A DNA stretch of 59,710 nt, counting the filler, from Stramenopiles sp. TOSAG23-6 (lineage: Eukaryota): assembly GCA_900128565.1 (NCBI GenBank). It is 3 parts of 3 records of this genome, joined end to end, with 100 filler letters (N's around TTAATTAATTAA, not from the genome) between each part and the next. Parts side by side here need not be neighbours in the genome. Positions count along the whole stretch, not along the records: positions 1 to 19,859 come from LT636043.1; 2 more parts are not named here. The stretch is one strand, 5' to 3'. This document shows, piece after piece, positions 1 through 11,456 of this stretch (positions within the stretch are counted from its first letter, which is position 1; each line of letters begins with the position of its first letter). The position numbers and the translations under genes are program-made. The notes under the pieces were generated by a model, which worked only from the letters and a program-made list of their open reading frames with translations, made no database searches and was not told the origin of the DNA.

Positions 1-86
1 TATTTTGGAAAAATATTTCAAAAAAAAATCGTTAGGTACAAAATTTCGTACGAAAAAATTCGAATTTGAAAAAAAATAAAACATAC
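1..86 (-). mobile_element. Introner-like intron, near-consensus copy cut by the window/contig start
   Basis: Minus strand reads AT|GTATGTTTTATTTTTTTTCAAATTCGAATTTTTTCGTACGAAATTTTGTACCTAACG...TTTTTCCAAAATA; the last bases lie outside the window. Confidence 0.85.
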
Positions 87-446
87 ATATATATAAAGAG
101 ATAAAATACACAGTAAAGCTACAGCTGGTTCAATAGTGCCCCAAATAGAAGATCGATACTTTGAACCGTAAAATAGTGCCGAAAAAATAACAACAAAACA
201 TATAAGAAAGTCGCAAAAGAGTTCTACAACTACAAACCCAGGTTTATGAAGAGTACCTCTGTGGATATAGTCGTCAACAATAAGGATAAACGTTAGAAAA
301 GAACCCGCACTTAAAGAACATACACTGCATATTATAACAACCCAAGGGTATGTTTTCCATACGTGTTGAAGCCACTTTTGCATGACACTTTGAAATACAC
401 GAAGTTGCTGTTTGTACTGCGAGCGTCGAATATTTGAGGTTGACAT
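87..446 (-). CDS. First exon of a multi-pass membrane protein (partial, function unknown)
   Basis: ATG at 446 and three hydrophobic segments; the ORF tail is translated repeat element. Confidence 0.55.
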
Positions 447-882
447 TTCTAAATTAGTGTTAGTGCATATATTTCTAAAGTTATTTTCTTATAAACACTG
501 CACGGGCATTAGTTATTCATTGGGGCACAATAATATTGATGCGCTTTAGGTATATGCGCAAAACAACTCTCTGTTCAAGCTTATAAAATTTAATGACCAC
601 GGCGTACTTGTATAATAATATGTTGAATGCGACGTAATAATGATTATATTAAAANTTAGCTATATAGTGAATAGTGACATATTTAGACAATTATTTCAAT
701 TTTAATTGCTATTTTTTTACTGAGACGATGATGACGTCACACGACCGACGTCGACTGAAAAGGATTACCGATTAGATTACAAGGTATTACAGGAGCAAAA
801 CGAATGCTCTTTGCGCTTGCTGAAAACTTTGAAAATTTAGTTTACCGTCAAACAACTTACCGGCATAAAACATTTTGGGACA

Positions 883-2097
883 ATGAGCCAATTACGCCCT
901 TTATTACTACTTTCAATGCTTAACTTCATGAAAGTTTTATCCATAGGATGCCTTTCAGATACAAATTCACCAGTAGATTGGTGGATCATTCTTAAGCATC
1001 CAGAATCCTATAACTATAGCTACTCTGATGTCAACAACTCATCACTGCTTGTATCCAAGCATACTCTTGATAAAGAAGAGGGAGCTTTGGGAATGACACT
1101 TCAACAAATTTACACAGATACATCTAATGAAAATATTTCAGTAGGATACGCGCTCTGGAATAATCAGGAACCAAATGGTAAAAACCATGGTTCACCCAAA
1201 GCACATGCCAAAGGCGCACTTGGATTTAACAGTGTAGGTGGTTTTTGGCTTACACATAGCTTGCCAAAATTCCCTAATTACATCAAGGATAGTTTTAAGC
1301 CATCTTGGGACTTGACCAGTAACACATACGGTCAGAGTTTTTTGTGTATAAGCCTAACTCCTTCTGGGATTGAAGACGTCGCACAATCTCTCCAAGTTGA
1401 CCGTTTGCCACTGTATGACTCTAAACTTCCTCAAACAATTACGCACCTCTATCCTCAGGTATCAAATTTATTGAACGAAGAAAATACTGAACAAAATTTT
1501 CTTATCAAACATATACAATCAAAAGCAGGCAATAATTTTTTGAGGATTTCCAAAAGTGCCGCCTGGGCTTCCACCAAATCCTCTGCTGTACATTTTTATG
1601 AAAACTTAGTTGCACCTACATTACATTCTGATATTGCTGTTGAGTCATGGGAAAATGGAGTGGGAAGTATGCAGAGTTCATGTAAGGATGAGGGATTTAA
1701 ATTGAATGTGATGAATATTCGTCATATTACGATGCCAGGTGGTGTGGAGACAGGTAGTTGGAGCTCTACACAAGATCACTCCAAGTGGGCGATTACTTTA
1801 CCACAAACAAAACTGAAATTCTTTCGCGGTATTTCTAAAACTGATGCATTTGAAATCTTTCCTTTTGAAAGCGACGACTTGACGATAAAACATAAACATA
1901 AAAAATACCCAAATGACCCTCCAAAATTTCCTAAGGATAAATCAGGTGTAGTTTGTATTGGGGATCTGAACCGACAAGAGGGCCAAACGAAGAGAGGAGG
2001 TGGTACTGTTTGTATGTTAAAATTTCCAGAGGTTTATCGCGAATTTGCTAAATCTATTAATAACATTGAAAGTTGTAAATCTAAATTTTTAGAGTAA
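883..2097 (+). CDS. DNASE2: Deoxyribonuclease II (PLD superfamily), secreted/lysosomal
   Basis: Signal peptide; VDWWIILK, HAKG, GFWLTHSLPKFP, YGQSFLCIS, DHSKW and CIGDLNR...QTKRGGGTVC motifs. Confidence 0.92.
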   Translation: MSQLRPLLLLSMLNFMKVLSIGCLSDTNSPVDWWIILKHPESYNYSYSDVNNSSLLVSKHTLDKEEGALGMTLQQIYTDTSNENISVGYALWNNQEPNGKNHGSPKAHAKGALGFNSVGGFWLTHSLPKFPNYIKDSFKPSWDLTSNTYGQSFLCISLTPSGIEDVAQSLQVDRLPLYDSKLPQTITHLYPQVSNLLNEENTEQNFLIKHIQSKAGNNFLRISKSAAWASTKSSAVHFYENLVAPTLHSDIAVESWENGVGSMQSSCKDEGFKLNVMNIRHITMPGGVETGSWSSTQDHSKWAITLPQTKLKFFRGISKTDAFEIFPFESDDLTIKHKHKKYPNDPPKFPKDKSGVVCIGDLNRQEGQTKRGGGTVCMLKFPEVYREFAKSINNIESCKSKFLE

Positions 2098-2441
2098 AGA
2101 AAAAACCATTAGGTTTCAGGATATTATCATGGATAATTGAATATATTTTCTGATTTTAATTTAATCCAGTGCTTTTCTGATTGGCGCAAATTGAGTTTAA
2201 AGAAACCTAAATAAATTTGTCTTTCTAGTTATTTTTCTAGTTTTTTTTTCAAATAGCCCTAATTCCAAAATTAAAAAATCTTGAAATTGTAACTGACGAC
2301 ACTAGTAGTAGGGTACCGTATGAAGAATACAAAGGACAAGCAAAATTGTACCCTAGCTAGTGCTGGGAACTAAGCGCGGGCAGTGTACTATGATAAATAC
2401 TTTTGCTGGGACGTTATAGCCATTTGCATCGGAATGAACTG

Positions 2442-4199
2442 ATGAAGGATCATCATGAAAAAGCGTCACCTATTCTTTGTGGAAGCAACGCAAAAACTTT
2501 ATCATCTAACCTAGATTTTGAAGTTTTACAATGTAGACAAAATAAACGACAGATAGATACCCAAACATTCACTGTAGAGAAACAGATATGTGCAAAGGAT
2601 GAGCATATTCAACTTGATAACATATATGGAAGAAATAATAGTTTGATTCAAAGTATTTCTATGATAGCACAAATACCATTGTCAACCCAACTTAGTAATG
2701 ACGAAGACATTTACGTTAAGAAAAAGTACCGAGTGCCATTGCACTTACGGAAGCCATTTAATATAAAGAAGTACAATAGACGATCTATGCGTGGACCTGA
2801 AGCGGCTAACCAGTTTCGGAATAAATTTTCGTATACAAATGATACTTTTGATCGAAAAGAGAGAACAACATTAGTCAAAGATAATTCAAAGAAAAAGGTA
2901 TTGATTTATAGTCAACAGAAGGAAAAACTTTGGGAGAAACTAAAGCAGGCAAATCACCAGTTGAGTGTTCTCAATTCTCGCTGTGAAAATGGTTCCGACA
3001 AAGTAGAACAATTGAAACGCGTATTGCAAGGGTGTAAAACTGAAGATAGACAGATTTCATCCATGCGGACAAAAGTTAAACCAATCATCTCTAAACTATT
3101 GGACGATGATGTGAAACTTGCAAATAAGGAGCTGCAAGATTTAGAGTCTTATAAAAGTTCCTTAAAATATATTGAGCAGCGATTAAAACGTGAACATGCC
3201 TTATTTAATGATGTAATAAATGTCTATAATGAAGCGCTGAATGTTCAAAAGACTCTTTTGAAAGAATCTCGAAAAGAACTTTCAGAAATTAAAGTTACAT
3301 CTAAAGTTGAGCTTGAGCGTTTGGCAACGGTTCAGAAATTATGCTCCCAAAAGAGCGGATCCTTGAAGCAAAAACTGAATGCAAAGCAGTCTTCATTACG
3401 AGAAGCAATACAATTAAAAGCGGAACTAGATTTAATGGAATATAACAAAAACTTAATGCCGATTCCAAAAGAAAGTACTGAAAATATAACGAAAAATGAA
3501 TCTAAATTTTCTCAACGCTTTCACTGCGTATTGAAACAAACACATAAAGACGATATTATTAAAAACAAGTCATACAAAACAAGTTTTCATAAAATAAAAT
3601 TAATAACAGGCCTAAGCGAAGAGTCTAAAATAATTGAACGATATCTAAAACAAAAAGATTATTTGAAAGAATTTGAGAGAGCTGTTGAAGACCTTCAGCT
3701 GCGTCTTGAACATCAATGTACAGAACGAAAACTTAAAATCGAAATGTTGCATAATATAAAATACAACGAAGGTGAAGTTGGTGATTCTCGAGAAGATTTA
3801 CACGACGATAAATTAAATCAATCTATTGGATTAAATACTCACCCAATGTCAATCGCGAAAGAAGAATTACATAAAGTATCTGCAACTTTTGTCAGGGCTA
3901 GGGCACTTTTCAATGATACTATACTTAATGTCGAAGGAATGAAAACACGTCTATCTAGAATAAATGAAACATTTCCTAAATTTGAGAAAAGTAAAAATAT
4001 GAAAACTACTTCCGACCAAAGCCCAAATGCAAGCAATGATATACAAGTATTAGCAAATCAAATGTTTGAAAATCTACGGTATACGCAACTACGGGTTAAT
4101 GACACTATGCAGTGGCTTCAAAAGAATCTCTTTGATGCACAAATTAATAAAGAAAAACGTAAAAGTTTATGTATGTATCAAATCGATTACTTAAGGTAA
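2442..4199 (+). CDS. Long coiled-coil protein, possibly outer dynein arm docking complex (CCDC151/ODAD3-like)
   Basis: Intact ORF with heptad-rich core; the segment SFHKIKLITGLSEESKIIERYLKQ resembles ODA-DC subunits. Family call is tentative. Confidence 0.5.
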   Translation: MKDHHEKASPILCGSNAKTLSSNLDFEVLQCRQNKRQIDTQTFTVEKQICAKDEHIQLDNIYGRNNSLIQSISMIAQIPLSTQLSNDEDIYVKKKYRVPLHLRKPFNIKKYNRRSMRGPEAANQFRNKFSYTNDTFDRKERTTLVKDNSKKKVLIYSQQKEKLWEKLKQANHQLSVLNSRCENGSDKVEQLKRVLQGCKTEDRQISSMRTKVKPIISKLLDDDVKLANKELQDLESYKSSLKYIEQRLKREHALFNDVINVYNEALNVQKTLLKESRKELSEIKVTSKVELERLATVQKLCSQKSGSLKQKLNAKQSSLREAIQLKAELDLMEYNKNLMPIPKESTENITKNESKFSQRFHCVLKQTHKDDIIKNKSYKTSFHKIKLITGLSEESKIIERYLKQKDYLKEFERAVEDLQLRLEHQCTERKLKIEMLHNIKYNEGEVGDSREDLHDDKLNQSIGLNTHPMSIAKEELHKVSATFVRARALFNDTILNVEGMKTRLSRINETFPKFEKSKNMKTTSDQSPNASNDIQVLANQMFENLRYTQLRVNDTMQWLQKNLFDAQINKEKRKSLCMYQIDYLR

Positions 4200-4442
4200 A
4201 TAAAAGAATTTGAAATTTCATCCTCAAAATTCCTCAAAATTATGAACAAAATAATAATAATATCAATATTTCGTGTTTTTAAGAATGTACGTTAAAAACG
4301 GTTGAGACATGGTTGAGAGAGGAAATAGTTCGATTTTATCTTCCCACACTTTGTATCCAGATTATTTTTCACAAGAAGTGATTCCTTCATCTTACTCTAT
4401 ATACCACATAGAAAAGTATACAATATCTAGTTGCTGAAGTAT

Positions 4443-6041
4443 ATGGAAGAATCAAAGATTGAATTGACAAAAGATAGTCACAGTAATATCAATGCTGCTA
4501 ATGCGGAAACATCGAATAGTGTTTCAGCCACAACACAAAACACATCAAACGGAACAACACCCCAAAAGAATAGTACTGGAAGTGTAAAATCTTCATCTGA
4601 TAAAAAAGAGATTACTCGTTATACCGTAGAGCAATGGAAAGTACCACGACCACAGACAGAAGAAGAATTAAAAGCTGCGATAGCTGCCCTAAAAGGTGAT
4701 AAAAGTTTACCACGTCCACCAATACCTCAAATTCCACAGTTCACCAACAAAGAGCCTTTGAAAAAGAAGTTAATAAAGCTTCAAAGATATCTAAATAGCT
4801 TCCAATATAATCATACAGGAACAAGGTATTTTCCAATATTTAAGAATCGTGGATTGATCAAAGTGACAACTACAGCAAAGACTATTATGGCAGATGCATT
4901 ACCCATTCAATGCCTCGAAGCAGTTTTCTTAGGTGTGTATCTCACATCAGATTGGAAGGAGGTAGATCGTGTACCCATTAGTCTTAAGTCCATAGTAGAT
5001 GGTCATGTGTTTAGGCATATAGTACTTGCTATAAAGTCTAAAGATAAATGGGGTGCGATTGGCTTAAGTCGGAAAAAAACACTGGCATTTAAGCCATTAG
5101 AATTTTCCGCCCTTGGTGATTTAATCGCAGAATATGCTGCGGCTTATAAGGAATTCTGGCACACGCTTGTAAAAGTATATGTTGGGTTCCCTTTTTCTCA
5201 CGACCCGTTTTCTCCCGCTGCAATTAAGTGGCGTGTATTAAATATAAGACTAGATAATCATCCTTGGACAACCATAAAACCTATTTTGGATCTTTTCGGC
5301 AAAGAAATGAAAAATGTATACAGTACATTCACGGAAATAGGTTCAATTCCAGATAGTTTCAAAAAACGATTTGCCATCAATCCTGAGAAATGGGAAGAAG
5401 ATGAAACTGGTTTTGATTCTTGTGAAGAAATGCGGAAGGAAAAGAAGGGAGCCGCTGCATTAGAAAAAAAACAAAAACTTGAAAGAGAGGAAGCCGAAAA
5501 ATTGAACCAATCCAAGCAAAGAACAAGAAAAATTAGAAAATCACCACTAAATACAGGTTCGCCAAAATATAGTCGTGCTATCAGAAATAGTGATACTTCA
5601 TGTGCACCCGTAGCGCCAGTAGTAACAAAAGCCTCCAAAACAAATATCTCCGAGTCCCCTTCAAATCAGCAAAATCTTAGAAAAGAACCACCAAAATTAA
5701 ACAAAGGGAATCCGAAAAAGACAAAAGAACCACCAAAATTGAACAAAGGGAATCCTAAAAAGACGAAACCATACCCACGTAGTAGCGCCGCTTCTGGGTC
5801 GCCAAAGCTAAAACCAAAACAACAGAATCATCGATCCTCAAAGACTGTAAATACTACAATAGAAAAAGATAAAACAATAGAAAAAGATAAAACAATAGAA
5901 AAAGATAAAACAATAGAAAAAGAACAGAAGGATGATGATAGTGACATAATTGAGGGTCAAAATCAACAACAGGAATTCGTCCCTCCTAGTCCTTCGGTGA
6001 ACTCTGCAATGCTTCATAAAGAACTTTTTCTCGGTGTATAA
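4443..6041 (+). CDS. VASH: Vasohibin-family tubulin detyrosinating carboxypeptidase
   Basis: FQYNHTG, LPIQCLEAVFLG (catalytic Cys), FRHIVLA (His) and GLSRK motifs; low-complexity C-terminal tail. Confidence 0.92.
   Translation: MEESKIELTKDSHSNINAANAETSNSVSATTQNTSNGTTPQKNSTGSVKSSSDKKEITRYTVEQWKVPRPQTEEELKAAIAALKGDKSLPRPPIPQIPQFTNKEPLKKKLIKLQRYLNSFQYNHTGTRYFPIFKNRGLIKVTTTAKTIMADALPIQCLEAVFLGVYLTSDWKEVDRVPISLKSIVDGHVFRHIVLAIKSKDKWGAIGLSRKKTLAFKPLEFSALGDLIAEYAAAYKEFWHTLVKVYVGFPFSHDPFSPAAIKWRVLNIRLDNHPWTTIKPILDLFGKEMKNVYSTFTEIGSIPDSFKKRFAINPEKWEEDETGFDSCEEMRKEKKGAAALEKKQKLEREEAEKLNQSKQRTRKIRKSPLNTGSPKYSRAIRNSDTSCAPVAPVVTKASKTNISESPSNQQNLRKEPPKLNKGNPKKTKEPPKLNKGNPKKTKPYPRSSAASGSPKLKPKQQNHRSSKTVNTTIEKDKTIEKDKTIEKDKTIEKEQKDDDSDIIEGQNQQQEFVPPSPSVNSAMLHKELFLGV
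5682..5921 (+). repeat. Coding tandem repeats in the vasohibin tail (KEPPKLNKGNPKKT x2; TIEKDK x~4)
   Basis: 42-nt duplication and 18-nt unit ACAATAGAAAAAGATAAA visible in the DNA. Confidence 0.85.
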
Positions 6042-6105
6042 TTTTGTTTTCATAGAAATTTTGACATTAATAAATATATAAATTGTAACATTACATTTAA
6101 TTGTT

Positions 6106-9100
6106 TTAAAATCCAAATACTTTGACTCGGATTCTACGATTTTCTTCTGTATTTGCCATCACTTCCATTCGCCCCTGTCCAATACGTAAATTCATTCGAT
6201 ATTTCCCAAAAAATACACTTTTTCCATTAGATGAAATTTCTTTACCATCTCCATGACGCAAACCTTCTTTCCACATACCTTCAAACTTTGTACCATCAGA
6301 ATAAAGCATTGTCCCAAAACCAGAAAATAGGCCATTTTCAAATCCTCCGTCGTACATATCACCATCTTCACGTAAAATTCCATTTCCACTGCGCAAATTT
6401 TTCAACCAACCTCCATCATACACAAGATTTCCATTTATAAAATATTTACCATATCCGTGCCTTTTACCTTCATACCAAGAACCCTCATATATACTTCTAT
6501 CAGTGTATATAAATTTACCTTGACCATCTCGACGATTTTTGGGATCTTCGACAGAAAATTCACCAATATAAACTTCTTTATCAAGTGAAAACGGATTCAT
6601 CGTATGTGTACCTTCTTTTCGTTTATCTTTAAACCATCTACCTTCAAACCAATCGCCATTTTGTTCATCCAAACGTCCATTACCATGACGCAAATTATTT
6701 TTCCATTCACCATAATAGACATGTCCATAGGCATACTGCATTTTCCCTTTACCGCCACCCATACGACCATTATGAAACATACCAACATATGTCGATCCAT
6801 TTGACCAAGTTTTTGTGCCTTTTCCATGCATTCTGTTATTTTTCCAGTGACCATTGTAACGTTCTAAGGGATTTGCACCTTGCATTACTGCCAAACCATT
6901 TAATTTACCAACTCGCCAACAACCATCAACCCAGCCACCATCCTTCATTGAATATTTACCTCGTCCAGATTTCAGGCCAGCATGCCAGAGACCAACATAT
7001 TTATCACCATTATTGTAAGAATAAATTCCCTCACCATCAAATTTATCGCGAACCCAATGACCTTTATAACTATCACCATTTGACGAGATCTGTTCACCGT
7101 ATCCCCAACGTTTCCCTGCACGAAATCCACCGCGATAAATCGTGCCTTTAGAGGATAAGAAGGTCCCCTTTCCTTCCAATTGACCTCGATAAAATGTTCC
7201 TAGCCATCGATTTCCGAAGGAATCACTTGATACCCCTTTACCCGTCTTCTGTCCTTTATCCCACATTCCGCGATATGTACGTCCATTCTTCATCTTTAAA
7301 CAACCTTTACCATGGGCAAATGACCCTTCAAAATGCCCATCATATATATCACCATTTGCATTTGTGAATCGACCAGTCCCATGTATTATGAAAAATATTT
7401 TTTCTAGAAATAACGTTAGGTACAAAATGTCGTACGAAAAACAATTAAATTTGAAATTAATTGTGAAAACGCACATGATATTTACCATGTTGCCATTCAC
7501 CAATATAAGATGCCCCAGATTTCATAGTCGCAACGGCATGACCATGCACACTCCCCTCATTCCAGATACCTTCAATAATATCACCATGTATTTTGGAAAA
7601 ATATTTCAAAAAAATCGTTAGGTACAAACTTTCGTACGAAAAAAAATTCAAATTTGAAAAAAAATAAAACATACATTCACACTACAATATTTACCCATTC
7701 CATGGCGTTTCCCAAGAACCCAATTACCTTTGTATGACCGTCCGTCTATACCAATGAAATCACCAACACCATACTGTAGGTTATTTCGCCATTCACCAAA
7801 ATATCGATCTCCGTTTGAAAAGTTCAGTGTCCCAATTCCATGATATTTTCCATCCTTAAATGTATTTTGGAAAAATATTTCAACAAAAATATAAAACATT
7901 TGTTAGGTACAATATTTCGTATGAAAAAAAATTCAAATTTTCAAAAAATAAAACATACATGCCCCTTGATAAATAATCTCCTCTGTGCCAAACTTTCGAA
8001 TTCCTAATCCATCTTTTGGAGTAACAGAAAAATCTGCTGCTGCTGATAAAGCCTTATATTTATCAATGCGGGTTGTGATTGATTCAGGGCTCATTATATC
8101 GGTTGAATCTAAAGACTCAATTTGTATTATTGCTGTTCCACTCGCCGAAGGCATTGAAAAATCTGATTCTTCTGCAAAGTTAATTTCATCTTCAAACTCA
8201 TCACCAAATTCATCAGTGATTGTATCAGTATCATATTCTTTGACATTATTCCCAGATTCTGGTTTCAAGCGTTTCTTTTGAGTTGTATGTTTTCTAGTAC
8301 TTGCTTCTTTCTTTCGCTGACGATCAGCTTTTCTTTTTTTTTCCATTGCTTGTTTTTGTTTTAGTTTTTGTAATTTTAATCGCTTTTGAGCATTTTCTTT
8401 AGCTCGCAGTTTAGATCGTTCTCGAATACATTTTACTAAATTAATTCCATTTGCATCAAATTGATTCTTACAATGTGGACATATTGGATATGTTTTATAA
8501 TTATTCAACTGACAGCAAGCTGCACATCTCCATGAATGTTTCCACTGACAATGTTCATCAAAATCCTTTTGAGAATCAAAAACTGAATCACAGAAATTAT
8601 ATATACTTCCTTGACAATCATCCCAATTACATCGAAACATTTTTTCATCAATTGCAAACTTTTTTGGTGCTTTCCATAGAGCCTCCTTAGTTCTCTTATC
8701 GTAATACCAAAGTTGTGTGGTTTTTGGATCACGCAGTTGACATATGAGACCATCTTTCGTTTTCCGTTCTTCTGTTGATCGGTCTAAAAGTTGCTGCACT
8801 GACCACTGAGTCTGAACTACATGATTATTGTATTCATTGATTCTGCGCATATTCTCTCTTTCTTGTCTACCGCGAAACAACCTTTGTAGTGTGTTTGCTG
8901 TGGCATGACTCTGACTTAGCTCACGAAGCCAGGCATGTCGGCGAAAATTACACTGTACCACTGTCGCCGCCCAATGAAGTTTTTTAACTGCTAAATATGC
9001 TAAACGCTTTCGAAAAATGCCTTGTAAGTATAATGTAGCATCTTTTTTCTCTTGTAAAGTATTACGCAAAGCAACGCCGCGAATCAAAGCTGTGATGAGC

Positions 9101-9195
9101 AGTGCAGCTTGGTTCTCTTGTTGTTTTCGTTTGCGGTAAGCGTCCGCTCCCTTGCGCTTTCTATTTTTCATTATTTGGGCAATATTTTTCCCCAT
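6106..9195 (-). CDS. IQ-motif, WW-like, Cys-rich and MORN-repeat protein; exons 9195-7959, 7859-7675, 7585-7475, 7380-6106
   Basis: Four ORF pieces join into continuous MORN repeats (YQGA/FKDGKYHG, SVN/GDIIEG, GKYH/GTGRF) when three GT-AT introns are removed. Confidence 0.88.
7381..7474 (-). mobile_element. Introner-like GT-AT intron (94 nt)
   Basis: CAT|GTGCGTTTT...GTACCTAACG...ATAATACAT|GGG; restores KYH-GTGR. Confidence 0.88.
7586..7674 (-). mobile_element. Introner-like GT-AT intron (89 nt)
   Basis: AAT|GTATGTTTT...CCAAAATACAT|GGT; restores SVN-GDIIEG. Confidence 0.9.
7860..7958 (-). mobile_element. Introner-like GT-AT intron (99 nt)
   Basis: GCAT|GTATGTTTT...CCAAAATACAT|TT; contains in-frame stops; restores YQGAFKDGKYHG. 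Confidence 0.9.
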
Positions 9196-9491
9196 GGTTG
9201 AAAGCGTAGACACTAGTGAAATATAACAGAAAGCGTTTAAATAGCCCGAATGAAATGCATTTGATAATGCATGTCAGAAATTAATTCTTAGTAGTCTTGT
9301 CTGACTGGTTCAAAGTAGTAGTGATATTCACTTCTGTAACTGTAAGAAAGTACATAAGACACCCGGTAACAGATCAAAAAACACTTTTTTAACTTTTTTA
9401 TTTACAAAATCTAAAATATCAGTGATAAAACCACAGATAAGAGATAATATGATTCCCACAAGATTTTAAAATGGAAATTTCCTTACATTAA

Positions 9492-11126
9492 TCAAGAAAA
9501 TCCAGGAGTCATGAAAGTTGTTTTGTTAGGAGAAGTTTCAGAAAGTGAAATTGATGAAAACTGACTATAATCATTACTTTTCAAAGTAAGTGGTTTTGAT
9601 ATTTCATCACTTGTGCCTAATAAAGATGGTGGTACTCCTAAAACAGGTCTTTTATGTGCTCCAAATTGAGATGTAATGTGACTCGTATGTGAGACTTGTG
9701 CATTAGGATTTTGAGATGTAAACCCACCACCGACAAAACTGTCAGCAATATTTGGAGCAGCGACAGTTGGAGAATATCTATCATTGTTGTTTGGCTTTGT
9801 GAAACCTGGTATATAACTTTGAGTTTGTTTTGTAACATCGGATCTATTTGAGTACAAATTATTTGTAGCAGTGGGGTACATATTTTTGGATGGATTAAAA
9901 GTTTGAGAAATATTTGTTGTATTATTCACTCGTGGTTGATTTGTATTATGATTGCCTACACCATTTACCTGTGATATATTTGGCATAAATTGTGTTTGTT
10001 GTTGGATCACATTAGATTGTGTACTTGTATTATGATTGCCTATACCATTTGCCTGTGATATATTTAAAGGTGGCTGAGCACTACCACTTTTTACGACAGG
10101 TGAACCAAATCCAACGCTTGTATATTTAGGCATAGATTTAGGTACATTATTATGCTGTTGCATAAATCCATTTGATCTTGCTTGTCTACGTTGTTGCGGC
10201 GGTGCTCCATTGTTATTGAAAAATGGCATTTGTGGTGGAGGTGCATATCTATTCACGGTTCCGCCACGTTGAAGATTTCCCACATTATATGAATGCATTT
10301 GACTTGCAGAATCCGTGGGTGGTGGAGCAACTATAGCATGTGTTTTTACATGCTGATGACCATACTTGTTTTGTAGAGTAGGATCGTTTGCACTTGAGAT
10401 GAAACCATCAGGTAATATTGCGTTTTTACCCAAAGTATACCCAACTTTTGTCCTTGTAACCATACTAGTAGACGACATATTAGTTGACAATGTAGACGAC
10501 ATATTCGTTTGTGTATTAGTCGTTGGAGGCATACTTGCCTGAGAAGCAATATCCCCAGGAGGATGAGTATAATTTCCAAGGGGGGGACTTCCAGTATTGG
10601 CATAACTCATACCACCTTCACCCCCTCCGTTGGCGAGCGCGTGGCAGTGAGCTAGCTGTTCCTGAGTCATTGTTGCCGGATCATGTCTCTTGAAGATATA
10701 CTGAAGTAAATATTGTCGAATTGGCACACTTTTACTTCTATCATACGCATTCTTACCATTACAATCCTTTGCTGTCGCATCAGCTCCTGATGATATCAAA
10801 TATTCACACACTTCTTTGTGACCACCTTCCGCAGCTGCGATGAGGGGAGTTCGGCTATTTTTCCCCTGCATATTAATGTTTACACCTTCCCCGATCAAAT
10901 ACTCAACAACAGATAGTTGGCCCTTACTACAAGCAATATGTATGTATGAGTCCCCAGCAGTTGATCTATCCCAGTCAAGTCGACTATCTAAACGGGTGCC
11001 TTGCGCTTTGAGGCTTCTAACTAGACCAACGTCCCCACGTCGACAAGCATCTGCCAACTTTTCTTCTGGTGTGTTAAGCGGTGCCAACATATTGCCGATG
11101 GAGCCATCGTATAGAAATGAAAACAT
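9492..11126 (-). CDS. Ankyrin-repeat protein with Gln/Asn/Pro-rich disordered C-terminus
   Basis: IHIACSKGQLSVVEYLIGEGVNIN and TPLIAAAEGGHKEVCEYLISSGAD repeats; start codon uncertain. Confidence 0.85.
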   Translation of the reverse strand: MFSFLYDGSIGNMLAPLNTPEEKLADACRRGDVGLVRSLKAQGTRLDSRLDWDRSTAGDSYIHIACSKGQLSVVEYLIGEGVNINMQGKNSRTPLIAAAEGGHKEVCEYLISSGADATAKDCNGKNAYDRSKSVPIRQYLLQYIFKRHDPATMTQEQLAHCHALANGGGEGGMSYANTGSPPLGNYTHPPGDIASQASMPPTTNTQTNMSSTLSTNMSSTSMVTRTKVGYTLGKNAILPDGFISSANDPTLQNKYGHQHVKTHAIVAPPPTDSASQMHSYNVGNLQRGGTVNRYAPPPQMPFFNNNGAPPQQRRQARSNGFMQQHNNVPKSMPKYTSVGFGSPVVKSGSAQPPLNISQANGIGNHNTSTQSNVIQQQTQFMPNISQVNGVGNHNTNQPRVNNTTNISQTFNPSKNMYPTATNNLYSNRSDVTKQTQSYIPGFTKPNNNDRYSPTVAAPNIADSFVGGGFTSQNPNAQVSHTSHITSQFGAHKRPVLGVPPSLLGTSDEISKPLTLKSNDYSQFSSISLSETSPNKTTFMTPGFS

Positions 11127-11456
11127 TGGAAAAATACTAAAGAATAATTCTTTATGACGTAATGTATGTATTCCTAATGTCAAGCCTAATTCAAATTGAA
11201 ATACTATACTATATACTAGGTAAATTAATTACCTCCACCACACAGTGCTCTCGTGGATCTGAATCATGAGATTCGAGTGCCAACGGCCAACAACACGAAA
11301 AATCAAGAAAAATTACGATTGATTGAGATCAAAATAGAGGAATCCGGAAACAAATTTACATCTGTTTTGATAAAATTGTATCAAATCTATTTAATTCAAT
11401 CATAGAAACACGAAAAACATATTTTCTTTTATTTCATGATCTAGTTCTTATTACCT